A stretch of DNA of 64,000 nucleotides from a bacterium (GTDB taxonomy: Bacteria; UBP6; UBA1177): contig JAGCNV010000058.1 of the NCBI GenBank assembly GCA_017645765.1, forward strand, positions 57,778 through 121,777, read 5' to 3'. Both the position numbers and the translations under genes were made by a program. The notes beneath the pieces are model-generated. The model did no database searches. It saw only the letters and a list, made by a program, of their open reading frames with translations, and had not been told where the DNA came from. Below, piece by piece: positions 18,810 to 29,763 of this stretch (its first letter is position 1; the number at the start of each line of letters is the position of its first letter).

Positions 18810-21308
18810 ATGGCTAAAACACGAGACGAACTCAAGGATTCGATATTTTTTACCGATACATTGGATGAAAATTCGTCACTTTTCGAGCGCGATCTGCTCG
18901 AAACGCTTGAATACAATCAGGTCAAGGACAAAACAACGGTCAAAGCGAGAGATGTTTACATCGCTCTTGCAACGACGATCAGGCACAAACTCATCCGCAA
19001 CTGGCTGAGAACACAGCACGAATACCGCAGAAACAAGTCAAAAAGAGTTTACTACCTTTCGATGGAATTCCTCATGGGCCGCCTTATGGGAAACACTCTC
19101 ATCAACCTTGACTGCCACGATGAAGTTTCACGTCTCGCCGAAAAACTTGGCTACGACATGGAAGAACTCCGTGACATGGAACCCGACATGGGGCTCGGAA
19201 ACGGCGGTCTCGGCAGACTTGCGGCATGTTTCCTTGATTCTATGGCTACACTCGGACTTCCCGCTTACGGATACGGCATCAGATACGAATACGGAATTTT
19301 CCGTCAGGGCATCGAAAACGGTTATCAGGTCGAAGTTCCCGACAACTGGCTAAAATACACATGTCCGTGGGAAATCTGCCGTCCTGACCTTGAATACAGA
19401 GTCCGTTTCGGCGGCAAAGTCGTCTCCTACCGCGATGACAACGGAGAAGAGAGATACAAGCTCGTCGACACTGAAGACGTTTTCGCTCAGGCTTATGACG
19501 TTCCCGTTCCCGGATATAAAACCGCGACAGTCAACAACCTGCGTCTGTGGCAGGCGAAAAGCACGAACGAATTCGACTTCCACTACTTCAACAGTGGCGA
19601 CTACATGGCGGCGGTAAACGACAAAAACCGCAGTGAAAACATCTCGAAAGTCCTCTACCCCAACGACAATATGCAGCAGGGCAAGGTTCTTCGTCTCAAA
19701 CAGCAGTATTTCTTCGTTTCGGCAACACTTCAGGACATCATCCGCCACTACAAAAAGAACTACGGAACCGAAAAGTTCGACGATTTCCCGTCAAAAGTTG
19801 CGATACAGCTCAACGACACTCATCCTAGCATTGCGATCCCTGAGCTTATGAGAATCCTCATCGACGAGGAGAAACTCGGCTGGAACGAGGCGTGGGAAAT
19901 CACGCGCAACACTTTCGCCTACACGAACCACACGGTTCTCCCTGAAGCTGTCGAAAAGTGGGATGTCGAAATCATGGGACCGCTCCTTCCGAGACAGCTC
20001 CAGATAATCTACGAAATCAACCGCAGATTTATCAACGAGGCGCGCGATTTCCGCAATTTCGACGTGAAACGCATTAAAGATGTCTCGATTTTCGAGGAAT
20101 CAGGCTGCAAATTCGTCCGGATGGCAAATCTTGCAATAATCGGAAGTCACAAAGTGAACGGCGTCAGCGCGCTCCATACAAAAATCCTGAAAGAGAGCAT
20201 GTTCAAGGATTTCGACGAGCTTTATCCAGGCAAAATCGTCAATAAAACCAACGGTATAACTCCGAGAAGATGGCTTGAAAAATCAAACATTCCCCTTGCT
20301 GACCTCATCACTTCAAAAATCGGAAACGGCTGGGTCGCGAACCTCGACGAACTCAGAAAACTTGAAGAATTTGCAGACGACAAAGAATTTCAGGCAGCTT
20401 GGTATGACGCGAAGGCACAGGCAAAAGAAAAGCTTAAAGTTTACGCTCACGACAAACTCGGATTTGATCTCAACACCGATATGATGTTCGACGTTCAGGT
20501 CAAAAGAATGCACGAATACAAGAGACAGCTTCTCAACGTCCTCCATACGATAACGCTTTACAACAGGATAAAGAGCAATCCGAACGGAAACTTCGTCCCG
20601 AGAACAAAGATTTTCGGCGGCAAGGCGGCTCCCGGCTACTACATTTCCAAAATGATAATAAAACTAATAAATTCAGTAGCTTCCGTAGTCAATAACGATC
20701 CACAGGTCAACAAATATCTCAATGTTTTCTTCTTCCCCAACTACTCGGTTTCGATGGCGGAAAAAGTTATTCCGGCAAGCGACCTTTCTGAGCAGATCTC
20801 GACCGCGGGATTCGAAGCTAGCGGCACCGGCAACATGAAATTCATGCTCAACGGCGCTATGACAATCGGCACTCTCGACGGCGCGAATGTCGAAATGCTT
20901 GAGGAAGTCGGCGCAAACAACATTTTCATTTTCGGTCTCAAGGCTAACGAAGTCAGCGAAATGAAGGTAACAGGCTACAATCCGCGTAACTACTACGATT
21001 CCGATCCAGAACTCAGACAGGTTCTCGACATGATCAAAAACGATCACTTCAACTCGGAACCAGGAATATTTTCAAGGCTTTACGATGATCTGGTCAACTA
21101 CGGAGACAACTACATGCTCCTCGCCGACTACCGTTCGTATGTCGATATGCAGGACAAAGTCGAAAAAGTTTATCTTGATAAAACCGCATGGACAAAAATG
21201 TCGATCCTCAATACAGCGAGAAGCGGCAAATTCTCGTCAGACAGAACGATCCGCGAATACGCAGAAGATATCTGGAACATCAAACCGGTAAAAGTAGAAA
21301 TAGACTAA
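18810..21308 (+). CDS. glgP: Glycogen/alpha-glucan phosphorylase
   Basis: EASGTGNMKFMLNGAMTIGTLDGANVEM is the pyridoxal-phosphate site of GT35 phosphorylases. ~832 aa. GGAGG RBS at 18800-18804; the track ORF begins at an upstream TTG. Confidence 0.95.
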   Translation: MAKTRDELKDSIFFTDTLDENSSLFERDLLETLEYNQVKDKTTVKARDVYIALATTIRHKLIRNWLRTQHEYRRNKSKRVYYLSMEFLMGRLMGNTLINLDCHDEVSRLAEKLGYDMEELRDMEPDMGLGNGGLGRLAACFLDSMATLGLPAYGYGIRYEYGIFRQGIENGYQVEVPDNWLKYTCPWEICRPDLEYRVRFGGKVVSYRDDNGEERYKLVDTEDVFAQAYDVPVPGYKTATVNNLRLWQAKSTNEFDFHYFNSGDYMAAVNDKNRSENISKVLYPNDNMQQGKVLRLKQQYFFVSATLQDIIRHYKKNYGTEKFDDFPSKVAIQLNDTHPSIAIPELMRILIDEEKLGWNEAWEITRNTFAYTNHTVLPEAVEKWDVEIMGPLLPRQLQIIYEINRRFINEARDFRNFDVKRIKDVSIFEESGCKFVRMANLAIIGSHKVNGVSALHTKILKESMFKDFDELYPGKIVNKTNGITPRRWLEKSNIPLADLITSKIGNGWVANLDELRKLEEFADDKEFQAAWYDAKAQAKEKLKVYAHDKLGFDLNTDMMFDVQVKRMHEYKRQLLNVLHTITLYNRIKSNPNGNFVPRTKIFGGKAAPGYYISKMIIKLINSVASVVNNDPQVNKYLNVFFFPNYSVSMAEKVIPASDLSEQISTAGFEASGTGNMKFMLNGAMTIGTLDGANVEMLEEVGANNIFIFGLKANEVSEMKVTGYNPRNYYDSDPELRQVLDMIKNDHFNSEPGIFSRLYDDLVNYGDNYMLLADYRSYVDMQDKVEKVYLDKTAWTKMSILNTARSGKFSSDRTIREYAEDIWNIKPVKVEID

Positions 21309-22120
21309 TTCAAAAGTCCTTCAGCCCACTCCGCTTCGTCTGATTTTCCGCGCTTTTTTGCCCCTTCGGAATAGATTTTCACTTTTTTTGCTAGAACTTC
21401 GCGAAGTGCTTTTTCCTGTTCGGAAGAGAGTTTGTCGTTCTTCTTTAACACATTGAAAAGACTAATAATTCTATATTTATCAAGACATGCAGAGTTTGAA
21501 AGCTGGTCTTCGTTTCCGCCGTATTTTATTATGAACGGCTCGTCAATAAGACCGAATTTTTCTTTGATAGACATTCTGAGCCACAGATCGTAGTCTTCGC
21601 ATACCGGAAACGATTCATCAAAGCCGCCGTATTCGAAAAAAAGTGTCTTTTCCATGAGAACACTGCTCGGAGTAACGGCGCACACTTCAAGGCAATTGTA
21701 AAAAATATCGCCGTATGGACGGATGTATTTTTTAGATTTATTTACGAATTTTCCGTTTCTCACCCATGTTTCGTCCGTCTGCGCGATGCGAAGTCCGCTT
21801 TCTTTCATGTAGAAAATCTGCTTTGCGAGTTTTTCTTTTTTCCACTCGTCGTCGCTGTCTAAAAAGGCAATATACTTTCCTTCCGCAAGTTTCGCTCCAA
21901 GATTTCTGGCTGCGCTCACGCCTCTGTTCTCACTTTTTATTACTTTGATTTTATTGGCAAATTCCTGTAAAACCGACTCTGTTTCGTCAGTCGAGCCGTC
22001 ATCGACAACAATACATTCAAAATCCCTGAAACTCTGATTTAAAACCGAATTTACGGCGCGACAAACGACTTTTGCGCGGTTGAAAGTCGGAATTATTACT
22101 GAAACAACAGGATTACTCAT
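21305..22120 (-). CDS. Family 2 glycosyltransferase
   Basis: VSVIIPTFNRAKVV...LNQSFRDFECIVVDDGSTDET is a GT-A fold DxD region. 271 aa. Confidence 0.85.
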   Translation of the reverse strand: MSNPVVSVIIPTFNRAKVVCRAVNSVLNQSFRDFECIVVDDGSTDETESVLQEFANKIKVIKSENRGVSAARNLGAKLAEGKYIAFLDSDDEWKKEKLAKQIFYMKESGLRIAQTDETWVRNGKFVNKSKKYIRPYGDIFYNCLEVCAVTPSSVLMEKTLFFEYGGFDESFPVCEDYDLWLRMSIKEKFGLIDEPFIIKYGGNEDQLSNSACLDKYRIISLFNVLKKNDKLSSEQEKALREVLAKKVKIYSEGAKKRGKSDEAEWAEGLLN

Positions 22121-22184
22121 AAAAATCCTCAGTCAAAAAGCATTTTATTTTAGCCGCAAAGCGGCCGCTGGCAACTTTTATATA

Positions 22185-22212
22185 TTGCCTTTTCAGCAAT
22201 TTCGCCTATAAT
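22185..22212 (+). promoter_or_regulatory. Candidate promoter (TTGCCT-16-TATAAT) for the 22247 lipoprotein gene
   Basis: -35 at 22185-22190 and -10 at 22207-22212. The GC-rich hairpin GCCGCaaaGCGGC(CGC) lies at 22153-22168 just upstream. Confidence 0.3.
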
Positions 22213-22246
22213 TTTATGTTTTATGGTTGCCTTTTTGGAGAAATTT

Positions 22247-23413
22247 ATGAAAAAAAACATCTTATTGCTCTTGATTGCAGTTTTTACGCTTTTCATTTCC
22301 GCATGTGGAGATAACAACGAAGAAGGAATTGCAGCTGGAGATTCCTGTTCTTCTGAGGGATTGGAAATATGTTCCGATGACGGATCTGAACTACTTTTGT
22401 GTCAGGATTCAGCTTGGGTACTGAAAAAACAGTGTAATATTTCCATCGGAAAAAGGTGCAAGCAGAATTCTGCCGGTGTTTTCGGCTGCTTCAGTGAAGG
22501 CAATACTGATAGTGAGGATCATAGTTATCCTGACTCTTCCGACACTAACAATGAAGAACCTGATTCTTCTGACCATAACACCGAAGAACCTGACACAAAC
22601 AACACGTCCGATACAGAAAACGAAACTCCCGACAGCAGCAATACTGATACTTCGGAAGATCCTACCGACACAGACGACTCGGACACCATTCCGCAGACAG
22701 ACTCTGACAACACTAACGATCCTAATGATGAAGCGGCAGACAATGATGCTGACAATGACTCTGACAACGATACCGATACTGATAACAACGATACTGAACC
22801 GCCGTCAGATCAATGTTCTTTAAATTCCGACTGCTCTGACCCTACCCCTTATTGTTCGCGTTCAACTTCACAGTGTATCGCAAACGCCGTTTTCATAACG
22901 GAATATGTCGAGGGAAGCAACGATAATAAAGCAATTGAAATCTACAACGGCTCAAAATCGCCCGTAAATTTAAGCAATTTCACCATTCAGCAGGCAAACA
23001 ACGGCAAAAATTGGGGTAGCGACCCGACAAACTTTATCTTCAATTTTCCGGCAGCATCACTTTCTTCCGGCAAGACTTTTGTATTCTGCAATGTAGCATC
23101 AGATCCCGAACTTGTGGCCAAATGCGACCAGACACCTACAAGTGAAGTTTTTAAATTCAGCGGTGATGACGGCATAGCATTATTTGACGGGAACTCCATT
23201 GTTGATCAGATAGGCATTCAGGGTCAGGGAACCAATGTTAAACCATGGAGTGTCGCCGGTGTTCCAAGTGCAACAGAAGCTCACACTTTAAGAAGGAAAC
23301 TCTCTGTCATCCAGGGCACGACTGACTGGGCTCTTTCCGCCGGAACAACTGAAGAAAACTCTGAGTGGGAAGTGCTCGCAAAAGACACATTCGACGGTTT
23401 AGGCTCAAGATAA
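22247..23413 (+). CDS. Lipoprotein with Asp/Thr-rich acidic linker and C-terminal lamin-tail-domain (LTD)-like beta-sandwich domain
   Basis: MKKNILLLLIAVFTLFISACG lipobox. Long D/N/T/E low-complexity region. C-terminus ITEYVEGSNDNKAIEIYNGSKSPVNLSNFTIQ resembles LTD (PF00932-like) motifs. Confidence 0.6.
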   Translation: MKKNILLLLIAVFTLFISACGDNNEEGIAAGDSCSSEGLEICSDDGSELLLCQDSAWVLKKQCNISIGKRCKQNSAGVFGCFSEGNTDSEDHSYPDSSDTNNEEPDSSDHNTEEPDTNNTSDTENETPDSSNTDTSEDPTDTDDSDTIPQTDSDNTNDPNDEAADNDADNDSDNDTDTDNNDTEPPSDQCSLNSDCSDPTPYCSRSTSQCIANAVFITEYVEGSNDNKAIEIYNGSKSPVNLSNFTIQQANNGKNWGSDPTNFIFNFPAASLSSGKTFVFCNVASDPELVAKCDQTPTSEVFKFSGDDGIALFDGNSIVDQIGIQGQGTNVKPWSVAGVPSATEAHTLRRKLSVIQGTTDWALSAGTTEENSEWEVLAKDTFDGLGSR

Positions 23414-23436
23414 CAATTTATTATCGGGGGGTTGCC

Positions 23437-24885
23437 ATGAAAATCGCTTTTATTGCTTCCGAATGTTACCCGCTTGTTAAAACAGGCGGTCTTGCCGATG
23501 TCGTGGGCTCGCTCTCGCAGGCACTTGCAGAACTCGGTCACGAAGTAGCCGTGATAATCCCCTACTACAAAAAAAACATCTCTTCAAACATTGAGATATC
23601 ACCTTTCTTCGAGACGATGTGCGTCCACATGGGTTCGGGAATAGAAGAATGGTGCTCCGTCAAAACGGCAATGCCCGGCAGAAAAGTCCGCGTTTTCCTA
23701 ATTGAATCGGACAAATATTTCTTCCGCGACGGGCTTTACTGCGACAATTTCAACAACGATTTTCAGGATAACCCCTACCGTTTCGCATTTTTCAGCCGCG
23801 CCGCTCTGCAACTTCTCCGAGACACTGATTTCAGACCTGACGTAATACACGCTCACGACTGGCAGACTGCGGCAGTATGCGCTTACATGAAGACTTGGGA
23901 GTGGGGAGAAAGCGGAATCGATAAAGCGAAATCGGTCCTCACAATCCACAACATCGGATATCAGGGGATCTACAGCGCCGACTGCCTTGACTACTGCGGT
24001 TTTGACTGGAAATTCTTCACGAGCGACATTTTCGAGGACTACGGAAGAGTCAACTTTCTCAAAGGTGGCATTCATTTTGCCGATTTCGTGACGACAGTAA
24101 GCCCGAAATACGCAGAAGAAACGCTCAGCGGCTCGCAGAGTTACGGCCTTGCGCCTTATCTCAGAAGCAAAAACGAAAGATATTTGGGAATACTGAATGG
24201 TGTCGATTATTCAGTGTGGGATCCCAAAACCGACAAAAACATTCCAGAAAACTTCTCAGCCCGCAGTTTCAAAGGAAAAGCTGCATGCAAACGCGAACTG
24301 CAGAAACGTTTTGCTCTTGACGAGAACGAAAACATTCCGGTCATCGGCGTTGTCAGCCGTTTCGCGCACCAGAAAGGGCTCGACATCCTCGCAAAAACTG
24401 TCGGACGCATAGTCGATTCGATGGTTGTCCAGCTTGCGATCATGGGTTCGGGAGAAGCTGAACTTGAAAACTTTTTCAGATGGATCCCAGGCGACAAACA
24501 CGGAAAAATCGGCAGTTTCATAGGTTACAGCGATGAAATGTCCCACCTAGTAGAAGCAGGAAGCGACTTTTTCATAATGCCGTCGCGCTACGAGCCGTGC
24601 GGACTCAATCAGATTTATTCGCTTAAATACGGCACACTGCCCATAGTCCGCAACACAGGCGGCCTTTCCGACACCGTTCAGCAATATTGCGAAACCGACG
24701 GAAGCGGAACCGGCTTCAAATTTGACTATCTCTCCACAGACGCTATTTTCGACACCGTCGGCTGGGCAGTCAGCACCTATTTCGACCGCCCCAAACACAT
24801 CGACAAGATGCGCAAAGCGGCGATGAAATGCGATTTCAGCTGGAAAAATTCGGCAAAGGAATACGAGAAGATCTATACAGCGTGA
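23437..24885 (+). CDS. glgA: Glycogen synthase (ADP-glucose type, GT5)
   Basis: MKIAFIASECYPLVKTGGLADVVGSLSQALAELGHEV is the canonical GlgA N-terminus (KTGGL). 482 aa. GGGGGG RBS upstream. Confidence 0.95.
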   Translation: MKIAFIASECYPLVKTGGLADVVGSLSQALAELGHEVAVIIPYYKKNISSNIEISPFFETMCVHMGSGIEEWCSVKTAMPGRKVRVFLIESDKYFFRDGLYCDNFNNDFQDNPYRFAFFSRAALQLLRDTDFRPDVIHAHDWQTAAVCAYMKTWEWGESGIDKAKSVLTIHNIGYQGIYSADCLDYCGFDWKFFTSDIFEDYGRVNFLKGGIHFADFVTTVSPKYAEETLSGSQSYGLAPYLRSKNERYLGILNGVDYSVWDPKTDKNIPENFSARSFKGKAACKRELQKRFALDENENIPVIGVVSRFAHQKGLDILAKTVGRIVDSMVVQLAIMGSGEAELENFFRWIPGDKHGKIGSFIGYSDEMSHLVEAGSDFFIMPSRYEPCGLNQIYSLKYGTLPIVRNTGGLSDTVQQYCETDGSGTGFKFDYLSTDAIFDTVGWAVSTYFDRPKHIDKMRKAAMKCDFSWKNSAKEYEKIYTA

Positions 24886-24901
24886 CATCTTGGAGGCAAA
24901 A

Positions 24902-25945
24902 ATGAAAAAGCTCCTTTTTATCGGCATTATTTTAATGTCGTTTCTGATTGCGTGCGGCAGTTCAAAGAACGAAAAACAAAATGAAAATCCCGATTCTGAA
25001 GAAACAAACGATTCAGACATTGACACTGTTGAAACCTACGACGGCGACATAACTCCCGACAATCCCGATACGACAGATGATGTTGACAATCCCGGCAACA
25101 CACAACCCGACGATGATCCTGAAGACCCGCCATACGGCGGCTATTGCAATGTAAAAGAATCTTACGGCTCGACTTCATTCACGAGAAATGAAAGTTCTGT
25201 TTTTGACGACTGCGTCACAGGATCAGAACTCTCTTTCGACACTTGCTATTTTGATACGAATGACCTTTTGACAAAGCTGCAGAAAACAACAATAATTTTT
25301 AAAAAAGACTGCAGAGAAAACAATGAACCGGTTTCGTGTCCTGATTTCATCCCTGATTCGATAACTCTTTCCCAGATTTCAGGCTGCGATATTTATCACA
25401 GTTACGGCAACGTCGAATGCTATGATGAATGCCCTAATTTTTATTTCCCGACTGACAACGAAATCTTTAAAACAGTCTCCTTTCACCCGAATGCTGATGA
25501 TCTCACCTATGCTGAACTCTATTCTTACAATGAGGAAAAAGGGCTTTCTTTTTCTATAGACACAGGAGAAAATAGTATTGCTTCTTTTAAATCATCTGAT
25601 TCTTCAGTAACACTTTCGTTTGAACTCTGGGTTGACGGGATATTGGAAGAGATGCCTCACTGCGAAGACAGCGAAGGTAGGAAATATAAAGCCGGTGAAA
25701 AAATTTCTAAAGAATGCTATATAATGGAATGTCACTACAGCAAATGGTATCAGGAAAGTAGCGGCTACCAGTGCGAGAGCTGCGCTGTCGGTCTACAACG
25801 GCAATGGCTCTGCGCGGACGGAGTTAGCCGGGTTGACTGGTGCGAATGCGTTAAAGACAGCGAATCACAATTCGGATCCAGATATAGTTGCATCGAAAGA
25901 GCCGACCTGAACTGCCCGACAGAGACAGAATCACAACCGGAATAA
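24902..25945 (+). CDS. Cys-rich secreted lipoprotein, hypothetical
   Basis: MKKLLFIGIILMSFLIACGSSKNEK lipobox, then an acidic linker. About 30 Cys in the mature part. GGAGG RBS. No recognisable catalytic motif. Confidence 0.6.
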   Translation: MKKLLFIGIILMSFLIACGSSKNEKQNENPDSEETNDSDIDTVETYDGDITPDNPDTTDDVDNPGNTQPDDDPEDPPYGGYCNVKESYGSTSFTRNESSVFDDCVTGSELSFDTCYFDTNDLLTKLQKTTIIFKKDCRENNEPVSCPDFIPDSITLSQISGCDIYHSYGNVECYDECPNFYFPTDNEIFKTVSFHPNADDLTYAELYSYNEEKGLSFSIDTGENSIASFKSSDSSVTLSFELWVDGILEEMPHCEDSEGRKYKAGEKISKECYIMECHYSKWYQESSGYQCESCAVGLQRQWLCADGVSRVDWCECVKDSESQFGSRYSCIERADLNCPTETESQPE

Positions 25946-26044
25946 ACACACGCCATAGTCTGCTTTTGCAGTCGAATTTACTTGAAAATCGCGGTTTTGA
26001 GATTATATTACCGCCCGTTTTGAAAGTTTTTTATGGAGAAAAAC

Positions 26045-27436
26045 ATGGAAAAGGTTCTTGTAAAGTCAATTTTCAGAGAAACTGAAAAGTTTATGGGCAA
26101 AGTTGTCGAGGTTTCTGGCTGGGTCAGAACGATCCGCGCAAGCAACGCTTTCGGATTCATCGAACTCAACGACGGCTCGTTTTTCAAAAATATTCAGATA
26201 GTTTTCGAATCGGATCTTCCGAATTACAAAGAGATCACGAAGCTCGGCACGGGCAGCGCGGTCAGAGTTGAAGGAAAAGTCGTTGAAAGCGCGGGCGACA
26301 AGCAGCCTTTCGAAATCAAGGCCGAAAAAGTCGAAGTGGTCGGCACGAGCGACGAGGATTTTCCGCTTCAGAAAAAGAGACACACCCTTGAATATATGAG
26401 GACGATAGCGCACTTGAGACCGAGAGCGAACATCTACAACGCCGTTTTCAGGATCCGCAGTCTTGTAGCCTTTGCAATACATTCTTTCTTCCAGGAGAGA
26501 GGCTTTGTCTACGTCCACACCCCGATCATCACGGGAAGCGACTGCGAAGGCGCGGGCGAAATGTTTCAGGTCACGACTCTTGACCTCAACAACCTGCCGA
26601 AAAAAGAAGACGGCAGCATAAACTACGGCGAAGACTTCTTCGGAAAGGCGACGAACCTCACCGTTTCAGGCCAGCTTGCAGTTGAAAACTACTGCGCGGC
26701 GTTCAGAAACGTCTACACTTTCGGTCCCACTTTCAGAGCCGAGAACTCCTACACGCAGCGTCACGCAAGCGAGTTCTGGATGATCGAGCCCGAAATCGCT
26801 TTTGCAGACATCCATGACGATATGAAACTTGCCGAGGACATGGTTAAATACATCATTAATTTTGTTCTTGAAAAAGCTCCGGAAGAGATGGAATTCTTCA
26901 ACAATTTTGTTGACAAGACTTTGCTTGAAAGGCTGAATTTCATTAAAGATTCCGATTTCGGCAAAATCACATACACCGAGGCGATAGAGCTTCTTAAAAA
27001 GTCGGGCAAACAGTTCGAATATCCGGTTGACTGGGGCTGCGACCTCCAGACGGAACACGAGAGATATCTCACCGAAGAACTTATCAAAAAACCGGTTTTC
27101 GTCATCGACTATCCGAAAGAAATCAAAGCTTTCTATATGCGTATGAACGAGGACAACAAGACTGTCGCGGCAATGGATCTCCTTGTTCCCGGTGTCGGTG
27201 AAATCATCGGCGGAAGCCAGAGAGAGGAGCGTTACGACAGACTTCTTGCAAGAATCCAGGAACTCGGACTCAAAAAAGAGGATTACTGGTGGTATCTCGA
27301 TCTCCGCAGATTCGGCTCGAACCCGCATGCAGGCTACGGTCTCGGCTTTGAGCGCATGATTATGTACATCACCGGAATGCAGAACATCCGTGATGTCATC
27401 CCCTTCCCGAGAACTCCGAAAAACGCGGAATTCTAA
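26045..27436 (+). CDS. asnS: Asparagine--tRNA ligase
   Basis: N-terminal OB-fold ([21 protein letters not shown]) and class IIb aaRS core ([21 protein letters not shown]...GGSQREER...GLGFERM). ~463 aa. Confidence 0.95.
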   Translation: MEKVLVKSIFRETEKFMGKVVEVSGWVRTIRASNAFGFIELNDGSFFKNIQIVFESDLPNYKEITKLGTGSAVRVEGKVVESAGDKQPFEIKAEKVEVVGTSDEDFPLQKKRHTLEYMRTIAHLRPRANIYNAVFRIRSLVAFAIHSFFQERGFVYVHTPIITGSDCEGAGEMFQVTTLDLNNLPKKEDGSINYGEDFFGKATNLTVSGQLAVENYCAAFRNVYTFGPTFRAENSYTQRHASEFWMIEPEIAFADIHDDMKLAEDMVKYIINFVLEKAPEEMEFFNNFVDKTLLERLNFIKDSDFGKITYTEAIELLKKSGKQFEYPVDWGCDLQTEHERYLTEELIKKPVFVIDYPKEIKAFYMRMNEDNKTVAAMDLLVPGVGEIIGGSQREERYDRLLARIQELGLKKEDYWWYLDLRRFGSNPHAGYGLGFERMIMYITGMQNIRDVIPFPRTPKNAEF

Positions 27437-27530
27437 ACCTGATTTTTTTCTCTGCTCATACAATTAAATTTTTTTTGACTTAAAGGCATTTTTTGTGGAA
27501 ACTGCGCCGTTTTTTTTAAGGAGGTGTTTT

Positions 27531-28922
27531 ATGGCAAAAACTTTAGGTGGTTTCAACAAGGAATTTTGGTTGGTCAACGCCATCCAGTTCTTTGACGGTC
27601 TTTCTTATTTCTCGGTTATCATTATTCTTTCGATGTTCCTCACCGACAACGTAGGTTTCAGCGACTACGAAGCAGGTGCTTGGCAGGGTTACTTCTTCCT
27701 GTTTATCACTGCTTTCATGTTCACGGTCGGCTCGATCTGCGATGTTATCGGCGACAAGAAATCGTTCATTTTCGCGACGATCCTGCTTATGATCAGCCGC
27801 TTGGGAATGGGCGTTTTCCCCGGACTTATGGAAGGAAAAGTTCTCCAGTATTCGATCGGCGGACTTCTTTTCATCATGGCGCTCGGAACTGCAATGCTTG
27901 TAACGATCACAAGTACAGCTCTTCGTCACTTCACGAACAAGGACAACCGCGGTAAGGGTTTCAACCTTTACTATCTTATCATGAACATCGGCGCAATGCT
28001 TGCAGGTGTTGCGGTATGTGACGGTTTCAGAAACGCACTTGGTCCTGTTAAAGGCAACCTCGCGATCTTCACGTTCGGTTTCGTAATGAGTGCAGTATGC
28101 TTCCTCTGCGCTTTCCTCATCAATGAAGACAATATGGAAGAAAAAGACGAAGACGACGGCAGCGGCGAAGTCAAAACCCCGCTCAAGATCTTCGCGGAAG
28201 TATGGAAGGAAACAGCTTTCCAGAAACTCGTTCTCTTCCTCTGCCTCACTCTCGGCGTACGTCTTGTTTTCACACACCAGACAATGGTTATGCCGAAGTA
28301 TTACCTTAGAACGATGTTTGCTGATTTCCAGCTCGGCGCAGTAAACTCGCTCAACCCGCTCATCATTACAGTCGGCCTTGCCCTCACGATGAATTTCATC
28401 GGAAAGTTCAATATCGTCAAACTTCTGGTCGTAGGTATGACACTTTCCGCCCTTTCGCTTCTTTTCCTTGCTTTCCCGGGCGAATGGTTCCTTGCGATCC
28501 CAGGAATCAACAACCTTGACCAGGCTTACAGATTCGTAATCATCGCGCAGATCCTCGTTTTCGCAGTCGGTGAACTTATTTTCTCGCCCAGATTCACGGA
28601 ATATGTCGCATCTGTCGCTCCGAAAGATAAAGTTGCTTCCTACATGGGTCTTTCGGCTCTTCCGATGTTCATTGCAAGACCTATCAACGGCTTCGTCAGC
28701 GGACTTCTTATCGCAAGTCTCTGCTACGACGGTGTCAAGGCTAAGATCGAAACAGGAAACATCGAATACCTCGAAAGCCCTGAATTTATGTGGATGATCT
28801 ACTTCGCTCTGGCTATCATCAGCCCGATTGCGGTAGTCGCACTCAAGAGAACGCTCACACAGGACAACACTGAAGCTGCTCCTGCAGAAGCGCCGAAAGA
28901 AGAAGCAAAGGCAGAGGCATAA
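27531..28922 (+). CDS. MFS-type membrane transporter (12 predicted TM helices), substrate unknown
   Basis: AGGAGG RBS, then MAKTLGG.... Hydrophobic periodicity typical of the major facilitator superfamily. Ala/Glu/Lys-rich C-terminal tail. The long antisense ORF 27543-28934 is Cys/Arg-rich nonsense. Confidence 0.7.
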   Translation: MAKTLGGFNKEFWLVNAIQFFDGLSYFSVIIILSMFLTDNVGFSDYEAGAWQGYFFLFITAFMFTVGSICDVIGDKKSFIFATILLMISRLGMGVFPGLMEGKVLQYSIGGLLFIMALGTAMLVTITSTALRHFTNKDNRGKGFNLYYLIMNIGAMLAGVAVCDGFRNALGPVKGNLAIFTFGFVMSAVCFLCAFLINEDNMEEKDEDDGSGEVKTPLKIFAEVWKETAFQKLVLFLCLTLGVRLVFTHQTMVMPKYYLRTMFADFQLGAVNSLNPLIITVGLALTMNFIGKFNIVKLLVVGMTLSALSLLFLAFPGEWFLAIPGINNLDQAYRFVIIAQILVFAVGELIFSPRFTEYVASVAPKDKVASYMGLSALPMFIARPINGFVSGLLIASLCYDGVKAKIETGNIEYLESPEFMWMIYFALAIISPIAVVALKRTLTQDNTEAAPAEAPKEEAKAEA

Positions 28923-28932
28923 GGAGGGAATC

Positions 28933-29763
28933 ATGGCTAAAAAGAATGTAAACTACAAAGCAATACTCAAAGACGGTCTTATCCTTATGATCGCAGGTCT
29001 CGTTTTCGCTTTTGTCGTAAAACTCGGCTTTGACCAGCTCCGCGGCGATGTCGAGGAAAGCCCGCTTGTATCCCCGATAATTCAGGACAACATTGACAAG
29101 ATGAAAGAAATCATCGGCAAGGATGCAAAAGCTGTCAACCAGCAGGACGAACAGAAAAGAACTCCGCTTATGTGGGTAGCTTACCTCAACTACGGTGACA
29201 GAGAACTTATTACAAAGAAATCGACTTCAAAGAAAGAAAACGGAACAGAAGTCGAGAAACCGAGTCTTGAAGAAAAAAGACTTGAAATGACGAAACTTCT
29301 TCTTGAAAACGGTGCTGATGTAAAAGCAGTTGACGAAGATAACTGGACTGCCCTTCTCTGGGCTTCATGGACAGGAATGCCGACAGTTGTTGACGCTCTC
29401 GTAAAAGCAGGCAGTGATGTAAACGCACTTGATGCAAAGAAACAGTCTCCGCTCATGGTTGCTGCTCAGAGAGGAAACGAGAAAGTCGTTGAGATCCTCA
29501 TCAACGCAGGCGCTGATGCAACTCTGAAGAATGCTGACGGCAAAAGCGCAGAAGATCTTGCTAACGAATACATGGCTCAGTTCTCAGGCAGAAAAGAGAA
29601 CTACGAAGCAACTCTCAAAGCTCTCAAAACTCCGGCAAAAAAAGAAGCTGCTCCTGCCGAAGTCAAAGAAGAACCCAAAGCTGAAGACGCTGCTGCGGAA
29701 GCACCGGCTGCTGAAGAAGCAAAACCTGCAGAAGAAGTCAAAGAAGAACCCAAAGCTGAATAA
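28933..29763 (+). CDS. Membrane-anchored ankyrin-repeat protein
   Basis: N-terminal TM helix, then >=3 ankyrin repeats (TPLMWVAYLN..., LLENGADVKAVDEDNWTALLWAS..., ALVKAGSDVNALDAKKQSPLMVAAQRGNEKVVEILINAGADA). AEEAKP-rich tail. Confidence 0.85.
   Translation: MAKKNVNYKAILKDGLILMIAGLVFAFVVKLGFDQLRGDVEESPLVSPIIQDNIDKMKEIIGKDAKAVNQQDEQKRTPLMWVAYLNYGDRELITKKSTSKKENGTEVEKPSLEEKRLEMTKLLLENGADVKAVDEDNWTALLWASWTGMPTVVDALVKAGSDVNALDAKKQSPLMVAAQRGNEKVVEILINAGADATLKNADGKSAEDLANEYMAQFSGRKENYEATLKALKTPAKKEAAPAEVKEEPKAEDAAAEAPAAEEAKPAEEVKEEPKAE

Noticed and set aside
26033-26110. Apparent frameshift in asnS when reading A-runs by eye (4 versus 5 A's near 26040, 4 versus 3 near 26100)
   Set aside because: The supplied ORF track shows a single intact 467-codon frame. 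The discrepancy is most likely my miscounting of homopolymers, not a real frameshift or pseudogene.
27543-28934. 463-aa minus-strand ORF antisense to the MFS transporter gene
   Set aside because: Its translation is Cys/Arg/His-rich without hydrophobic periodicity or motifs. The plus-strand ORF has an AGGAGG RBS and clear TM helices.
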